DNA from: the human T2T-CHM13v2.0 reference genome, Homo sapiens
Reading direction: 5' to 3' (one strand)
NCBI RefSeq assembly: GCF_009914755.1
Contig: NC_060933.1
DNA length: 64,000 bases
The notes beneath the pieces were generated by a model. It was not told the origin of the DNA and made no database searches. It was given only the letters and a program-made list of their open reading frames with translations. The position numbers were made by a program, and so were the translations under genes. This document shows positions 55,601-64,000 of the stretch, in pieces. The stretch's first letter is position 1. Every line of letters starts with the position of its first letter.

Positions 55601-57200
55601 ATTCCATTCCATTCCCCTGCACTCGGGTTGATTCCATTCCATTCCATTCCATTACATTGCGTTCCACTCCATTCCATTCCATTCGGATTGATTCTATTCA
55701 ATTCCCTTACATTCCATTACATTCCATTCCATTCGGGTAGTTTCCATTCCATTCCATTCCATTCCATTCCTCTCCATTCCATTGCACTCGGGTTGATTCC
55801 ATTCCATTCCATTCCATTCCATAACATTACATTCCATTCCGTTCCATTGTACTCGGGTTGATTCCATTCCATTGCATTCCATTCCATTCCATTCCATTCC
55901 ATTCCATTCCATTCCATTCCATTCCGTTCCATTCCATTACATTCGAATTGATTCTATTTAACTCCCTTACTCTCCATTACATTCCATTCCATTCGGGTTG
56001 TTCCATTCCATTCCATTCTATTCTACTCCATTCCATTTCACTCGGGTTGATTCCATTCCATTCCATTCCATTCCATTCCATTCTGGAAGATTCCATTCCA
56101 TTGCATTCCATTCCATTCCATTCCCCTGCACTCGAGTTGATTCATTTCCATTCCATTCCATTCCATTCCATTCCATTCCATTCCATTCCGTTCCGTTCCA
56201 TTCCGTTGCGTTCCATTCCATTACATTCGGATTGATTCTATTCAACTCCCTTACTCTCCATTACATTCCATTCCATTCGGGTTGTTCCATTCCATTCCAT
56301 TCCATTCCACTCCATTCCATTGCACTCGGGTTGATTCCATTCCATTCTATTCCATTCCATTCCGGATGATTCCATTCCATTGCATTCCGTTCCATTTCAT
56401 TCCCCTGCACTCGCGTTGATTCCATTCCATTCCATTCCATTCCATTCAATTCCATTCCATTACAATTCGTTCCATTCCATTCTATTCCGTAGCATTCCAT
56501 TCCATTCCATACCATTCCATTCCATTCCATTCCATTCCATTCCGTTCCATTCCGTTCCATTCCATTCCATTCCATTCTATTCGGGTTAACTCCATTCCAT
56601 TCCATTCCATTCTATTCCTTTCCATTGCATCGAGTTGAATCCATTGCATTTCATTCCATTCCATTCCATTCCGGAAGATTCCATTCCATTGCATTCCATT
56701 CCATTCCATTCCCCTGCACTCGAGTTGATTCATTTCCATTCCATTCCATTCCATTCCATTCCATTCCATTCCATTCCGTTCCGTTCCGTTCCATTCCATT
56801 CCATTCCATTCCGTTCCGTTCCGTTCCATTCCATTCCATTCCATTCTATTCGGGTTAATTCCATTCCATTCCGTTCGATTGCAATCGAGTTGATTGCATT
56901 CCATTCAATTCCATTCCATTCCATTCCATTCCATTCCATTCCTTTCCATTCCATTACGGATGATTCCATTCCATTGCATTCCATTCCATTCCATTCCCCT
57001 GTACTCGGGTTGATTCCATTCCATTCCATTCCAATCCATGCCATTCCACTCGTGTTGATTCCATTCTTTCCATTCCATTCAAGTTGAATCCATTCCATTG
57101 CATTCCATTCCATTCGATTCCATTCGATTGCACTCGGGTTGATTCCATTCCATTGCATTCCATTACATTCCATTCCATTCCATTCCATTCCGTTCCATTC
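49700..57200 (+). repeat. ~3.75 kb near-identical tandem duplication (~49700-53443 / ~53444-57200)
   Basis: Markers TGATAAC 49911/53655, ACCTTGTAATC 50336/54080 and GCATCGAGTTG 52873/56627. ORF pairs are offset by 3744-3759, always changing in multiples of 5. Confidence 0.93.
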
Positions 57201-60200
57201 CATTTCATTACATTCAGATTGATTCTATTCAATTCCCTTACACTCCATTATATTCCAATCCATTCTGGTTGTTTCCATTCCATTCCATTCCATTTCACTC
57301 CATTCCATTGCACTCGGGTTGATTCCATTCCATTCCATTCCATTGCATTCCATTCCATTCCATTCCGGATGATTCCATTCCATTGCATTCCTTTCCATTC
57401 CATTCCCCTGCACTCGGGTTGATTCCATTCCATTCCATTACATTACATTCCGTTCCATTCCATTCCATTCCATTCGGATTGATTCTATTCAATTCCGTTA
57501 CACTCCATTACATTCCATTCCATTCGGGTAGTTTCCATTCCATTCCATTCCATTCCTCTACATTCCATTGCACTCGGGTTGATTTCATTCCATTCCATTC
57601 CGTTCCATTGTACTCGGGTTGATTCCATTCCATTGCATTCCATTCCATTCCATTTCATTCCATTCCATTCCATTCCATTCCATTCCTTTCTATTCCAGTC
57701 GTTTCCATTCCATTCCACTCAGGTTGATTCCATTCTATTAGTTTCCATTCAATTCCATTCCCTTCCATTCTACTCTGGTTGATTCCATTCCTTTACATTC
57801 CACTCGAATACATTCCCTCCTATTCCACTTGGAACGATTCAATTCCATTCCATTCCATTCCATTCCATTCCATTCCATTCCATTCCATTCCATTTCGTTC
57901 CATTCCATTCTATTCCGTATCATTCCATTCCATTCCATGCCATTCCATTCCATTCCATTCCTTTCCATTCCAATCGTGTTGATTCCATTCCTTTCCATTC
58001 CATTCGGTTTGAAGGTATTCCAATCCATTCCATTCCATTCCATTCCATTCCATTCCATTCCATTCCATTCCATTGTACTCGGGTTGATTCCATTCCATTG
58101 CATTCCATTCCATTCCATTCCATTCCATTCCGTTGCATTCCATTCCATTACATTCGGATTGATTCTATTCAACTCCCTTACTCTCCATTTCATTCCATTC
58201 CATTCGGGTTGTTCCATTCCATTCAATTCCATTCCACTCCATTCCATTGCACTCGGGTTGATTCCATTCCATTCCATTCCATTCAATTCCATTCCGGATG
58301 ATTCCATTCCATTGCATTCCGTTCCATTACATTCCCCTGCACTCGCGTTGATTCCATTCCATTCCATTACATTCCATTCAATTCCATTCCATTACAATTC
58401 GTTCCATTCCATTCTATTCCGTACCATTCCATTCCATTCCATACCATTCCATTCCATTCCATTCCATTCCATGCCGTTCCATTCAGTTCCATTCCATTCC
58501 ATTCCATTCTATTCGGATTAATTCCATTCCATTCCATTCCATTCCATTCTATTCCATTCCATTGCAATCGAGTTGAATCCATTGCATTTCATTCCATTGC
58601 ATTCCATTCCATTCCATTCCGGAAGATTCCATTCCATTGCATTCCATTCCATTCCATTCCCCTGCACTCGCGTTGATTCCATTCTATTCCATTCCATTCC
58701 ATTCCATTCCATTCCATTCCGTTCCGTTCCATTCCATTCCATTCCATTCCGTTCCAATCTATTCCATTCCATTCTATTCGGGTTAATTCCATTCCATTCC
58801 ATTCGATTGCAATCGAGTTGATTCCATTCCATTCCATTCCATTCCATTCCATTCCTTTCCATTCCATTACGGATGATTCCATTCCATTGCATTCCATTCC
58901 ATTCCATTCCCCTGTATTCGGGTTGATTCCATTCCATTCCATTCCAATCCATGCCATTCCACTCGTGTTGATTCCATTCTTTCCATTCCATTCAAGTTGA
59001 ATCCATTCCATTGCATTCCATTCCATTCGATTCCATTCGATTTCACTCGGGTTGATTCCATTCCATTGCATTCCATTCCATTCCATTCCATTCCATTCCA
59101 TTCCGTTCCATTCCATTCCATTATATTCGGATTGATTCTATTCAATTCCCTTACACTCCATTCCATTCCATTCCATTCCATTCCATTCCATTCCATTTCG
59201 TTCCATTCCATTCTATTCCGTATGATTCCATTCCATTCCATTCCATTCCATTCCATTCCTTTCCACTCTTGTTGATTTCATTCCTTTCCATTCCATTCGG
59301 TTTGAAGGCATTCCATTCCATTCCATTCCATTCCATTCCATTCCATTCCATTCCACTCTGGTTAATTCCATTCCTTTCCATTCCACTCGAATACATTCCC
59401 TCCTATTCCACTCTGAACGATTCCATTCCATTCCATTCCATTCCATTCCATTCCATTGTACTCGGGTTGATTCAATTGCATTGCATTCCATTCCATTCCA
59501 TTCCATTCCATTCCGTTGCATTCCATTCCATTACATTCGGATTGATTCTATTCAACTCCCTTACTCTCCATTACATTCCACTCCATTCGGGTTGTTCCAT
59601 TCCATTCCATTCCACTCTATTCCATTGCACTCGGGTTGATTCCATTCCATTCCATTCCATTCCATTCCATTCCATTCCATTCCATTCCGGATGATTCCAT
59701 TCCATTGCAGTCCGTTCCATTACATTCCCCTGCACTCGCGTTGATTCCATTCCATTCCATTCCATTCCATTCCATTCCGTTCCATTCCGTTCCATTCCAT
59801 TCCATTCCATTCTATTCGCATTAATTCCATTCCATTCCATTCCATTCCATTCTATTCCATTCCATTGCAATCGAGTTGAATCCATTGCATTTGATTCCAT
59901 TCCATTCTATTCCATTCCATTGCAATCGAGTTGAATCCATTGCATTTCATTCCATTCCATTCCATTCCATTCCATTCCGGAAATTCCATTCCATTGCATT
60001 CCATTCCATTCCATTCCCCTGCACTCGCGTTGATTCCATTCCATTCCATTCCATTCCATTCTATTCCGTTCCGTTCCATTCCATTCCATTCCATTCCATT
60101 CCATTCCGTTCCGTTCCATTCCATTCCATTCCATTCTATTCGGGTTAATTCCATTCCATTCCATTCGATTGCAATCGAGTTGATTCCATTCCATTCCATT

Positions 60201-62499
60201 CCATTCCATTCCATTCCATTCCTTTCCATTCCACTCGTGTTGATTTCATTCCTTTCCATTCCATTCGGTTTGAAGGCATTCCATTCCATTCCATTCCATT
60301 CCATTCCATTCCACTCTTGTTGATTCCATTCCTTTCCATTCCACTCGAATACATTCCCTCCTATTCCACTCGGAACGATTCCATTCCATTCCATTCCATT
60401 CCATTCCATTCCATTCCATTCCATTGTACTCGGGTTGATTCAATTCCATTGCATTCCATTCCATTCCATTCCGTTGCATTCCATTCCATTACATTCGGAT
60501 AGATTCTATTCAACTCCCTTACTCTCCATTACATTCCACTCCATTCGGGTTGTTCCATTCCATTCCATTCCATTCCACTCTATTCCATTGCACTCGGGTT
60601 GATTCCATTCCATTCCATTCCATTCCATTACATTCCATTCCGGATGATTCCATTCCATTCCATTCCATTCCATTCAATTCCATTCCATTACAATTCGTTC
60701 CATTCCATTCTATTCCGCACCATTCCATTCCATTCCATACCATTCCATTCCATTTCATTCCATTCCATTCCATTCCGTTCCATTCCGTTCCATTCCATTC
60801 CATTCCATTCTATTCGGATTAATTCCATTCCATTCCATTCCATTCCATTCTATTCCATTCCATTGCAATCGAGTTGAATCCATTGCATTTCATTCCATTC
60901 CATTCCATTCCATTCCATTCCGGAAGATTCCATTCCATTGCATTCCATTCCATTCCATTCCCCTGCACTCGCGTTGATTCCATTCCATTCCATTCCATTC
61001 CATTCCGTTCCGTTCCATTCCATTCCATTCCATTCCATTCCACTCCTTTCCGTTCCATTCCATTCCATTCCATTCTATTCGGGTTAATTCCATCCCATTC
61101 CATTCGATTGCAATCGAGTTGATTCCATTCCATTCCATTCCATTCCATTCCATTCCATTCCATTCCTTTCCATTCCATTACGGATGATTCCATTCCATTG
61201 CATTCCATTCCATTCCATTCCCCTGTACTCGGGTTCATTCCATTCCATTCCATTCCAATCCATGCCATTCCACTCGTGTTGATTCCATTCTTTCCATTCC
61301 ATTCAAGTTGAATCCATTCCATTGCATTCCATTCCATTCGATTCCATTCGATTGCACTCGGGTTGATTCCATTCCATTGCATTCCATTCCATTCCATTCC
61401 ATTCTATTCCATTCCATTCCGTTCCATTCCATTCCATTACATTCGGATTGATTCTATTCAATTCCCTTACACTCCATTCCATTCCATTCCATTCGGGTAG
61501 TTTCCATTCCATTCCATTCCATTCCTCTCCATTCCATTGCACTCGGGTTGATTCCATTCCATTGCATTCCATTCCATTCAATTCCATTCCGTTCCATTCC
61601 ATTCCATTACATTCGGATTGATTCTATTCAACTCCCTTACTCTCTATTACATTCCATTCCATTTGGGTTGTTCCATTACATTCCATTCCATTCCACTCCA
61701 TTCCATTGCACTCGGGTTGATTCCATTCCATTCCATTCCATTCCATTCCATTCCATTCCATTCCGGAAGATTCCATTCCATTGCATTCCCTTCCATTCCA
61801 TTCCCCTGCACTCGCGTTGATTCCATTCCATTCCATTCTATTCCATTCCATTCCCTTCTTTTCCGTTCCTTTCCATTCCATTCCATTCCATTCCGTTCCA
61901 TTCCATTCCATTCCATTCCATTCTATTCGGGTTAATTCCATTCCATTCCATTCGATTGCAATCGAGTTGATTCCATTCCGTTCCATTCCATTCCATTCCA
62001 TTCCATTCCTTTCCATTCCATTACGGATGATTCCATTCCATTGCATTCCATTCCATTCCATTCCCCTGTACTCGGGTTGATTCCATTCCATTCCATTCCA
62101 ATCCATGCCATTCCACTCGTGTTGATTCCATTCTTTCCATTCCATTCAAGTTGAATCCATTCCATTGCATTCCATTCCATTCGATTCCATTCGATTGCAC
62201 TCGGGTTGATTCCCTTCCATTGCATTCCACTCCATTCCATTCCATTCCATTCCATTCCATTCCATTCCATTCCGTTCCATTCCATTCCATTACATTCAGA
62301 TTGATTCTATTCAATTCCCTTACACTCCATTACATTCCATTCCATTCGTGTAGTTTCCATTCCATTCCATTCCATTCCTCTCCATTCCATTGACCTCGGG
62401 TTGATTCCATTCCATTGCATTCCATTCCATTCCATTCAATTCCATTCCGTTCCATTCCATTCCATTACATTCGGATTGATTCTATTCAACTCCCTTACT

Positions 62500-64000
62500 C
62501 TCCATTACATTCCATTCCATTCGGGTTGTTCCATTCCATTCCATTCCATTCCACTCCATTCCATTGCACTCGGGTTTATTCCATTCCATTCCATTCCATT
62601 CCATTCCATTCCATTCCATTCCTTTCCGTTCCATTCCATTCCATTCCATTCCATTCCAATCCATTCCATTCCGTTGCGTTCCGTTCCAATCCATTCCATT
62701 CCATTCTATTCGGGTTAATTCCATTCCATTCCATTCGATTGCAATCGAGTTGATTCCATGCCATTCCATTCCATTCCATTCCATTCCATTCGTTTCCATT
62801 CCATTACGGATGATTCAATTCCATTGCATTCCATTCCATTCCATTCCCCTGTACTCGGGTTGATTCCATTCCATTCCATTCCAATCCATGCCATTCCACT
62901 CGTGTTGATTCCATTCTTTCCATTCCATTCAAGTTGAATCCATTCCATTGCATTCCATTCCATTCCATTACCCTGCAGTCGGCTTGTTTCCATTCCATTC
63001 CATTCCATTCCATTCCATTCCATTCCATTCCATTCCATTGTACTCGGGTTGATTCAATTCCATTGCATTGCATTCCATTCCATTCCATTCCGTTGCATTC
63101 CATTCTATTACATTCGGATTGATTCTATTCAACTCCCTTACTCTCCATTACATTCCATTCCATTCGGGTTGTTCCATTCAATTCCATTCTATTCCACTCC
63201 ATTCCATTGCACTCGGGTTGATTCCATTCCATTCCATTCCATTCCATTCCATTCCATTCCATTACAATTCGTTCCATTCCATTCTATTCCGTACCATTCC
63301 ATTCCATTCCATACCATTCCATTCCATTCCATTCCATTCCATTCCGTTCCATTCCATTCCATTCCATTCTATTCGAATTAATTCCATTCCATTCCATTCC
63401 ATTCTATTCCATTCCATTGCAATCGAGTTGAATCCATTGCATTTCATTCCATTCCATTCCATTCCATTCCATTCCGGAAGATTCCATTCCATTGCATTCC
63501 ACTCCATTACATTCCCCTGCTCTCGCGTTGATTCCATTCCATTCCATTCCATTCCATTCCATTCCCTTCCGTTCCATTCCATTCCATTCCATTCCATTCC
63601 ATTCCATTCCGCTCCGTTCCATTCCATTCCATTCCATTCTATTCGGGTTAATTCCATTCCATTCCATTCGATTGCAATCGAGTTGATTCCATTCCATTCC
63701 ATTCCATTCCATTCCATTCCATTCCATTCCATTCCATTCCTTTCCATTCCATTACGGATGATTCCATTCCATTGCATTCCATACCATTCCATTCCCCTAT
63801 ACTCGGGTTGATTCCATTCCATTCCATTCCAATCCATGCCATTCCACTCGTGGTGATTCCATTCTTTCAATTCCATTCAAGTTGAATCCATTCCATTGCA
63901 TTCCATTCCATTCGATTCCATTCCATTCCATTCCGTTCCATTTCATTTCATTACATTCAGATTGATTCTATTCAATTCCCTTACACTCCATTATATTCCA
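62500..64000 (+). repeat. Internally deleted dispersed copy of ~7600-10100
   Basis: Shared rare markers CCGTTGCGTTCCG, CGTTTCCATTCCATTACGGATGATTCAATT, TTACCCTGCAGTC, CTATTCGAATTAATT and CCCCTATACTCGG. Offset falls from 54,913 to 54,183 (~730 bp missing) and falls further downstream. Confidence 0.8.
63471..63485. promoter_or_regulatory. HSE match aTTCc-gGAAg-aTTCc (last in window)
   Basis: Seen: ATTCCGGAAGATTCC. Function is inferred. Confidence 0.45.

Larger units (their letters stand above)
1..64000 (+). repeat. Satellite III (HSat3)-type (CATTC)n array, C-rich strand on +, continuing past both window edges
   Basis: Seen: CATTC pentamers dominate every line and are interspersed with the decamer A(C/T)TCGGGTTG (reverse complement CAACCCGA(G/A)T). 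Established: (ATTCC)n plus this decamer is the classical human Satellite III signature, whereas HSat2 would be dominated by CATTCGATTC. Subfamily and chromosome cannot be fixed by eye. Confidence 0.97.

Noticed and set aside
49700-57200. Identification as the Y-chromosome DYZ1 ~3.6 kb repeat
   Set aside because: There are only two copies, the unit is ~3.75 kb, and the rest of the window lacks that period. Chromosome assignment (9q12 is plausible) needs a k-mer or alignment search.
1-64000. CRISPR-like reading of conserved words separated by spacers
   Set aside because: The spacers are pentamer runs rather than unique sequence. There are no cas genes, and this is a eukaryotic satellite.
1-64000. 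Strand inversion, Alu/L1 insertion or unique island
   Set aside because: No (GGAAT)n run on +, no poly(A) tract and no non-satellite stretch were seen on reading through.

Overview
The whole 64 kb window is a pericentromeric-type (CATTC)n/(GGAAT)n satellite array matching human (or great-ape) Satellite III (HSat3). The C-rich strand is on + throughout. I see no inversion, transposon insertion, unique-sequence island or real gene. All supplied ORFs are artefacts of a stop-free pentamer, giving (IPFHS)n on + and (MEWNG)n on -. The array has internal structure: roughly 20 recurring variant 'words' (e.g. ACTCGGGTTG, CCGGATG, GCAATCGAGTTG, CTATTCGGGTTAA, CAAGTTGAAT) occur in a largely conserved order, separated by variable (CATTC)n spacers. 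Nested duplications from 20 bp to about 7 kb overlay this, including a block family with 6-7 full or partial copies and a near-identical ~3.75 kb tandem pair. The most interesting functional signal is ~29 perfect three-unit heat-shock elements (TTCnnGAAnnTTC, mostly TTCCGGAAGATTC). Eight of them have a minus-strand AATAAA at a fixed 42 bp distance. All counts and coordinates were read by eye, and block boundaries are approximate. I cannot support a wholly new biological system; the regulatory readings are hypotheses.
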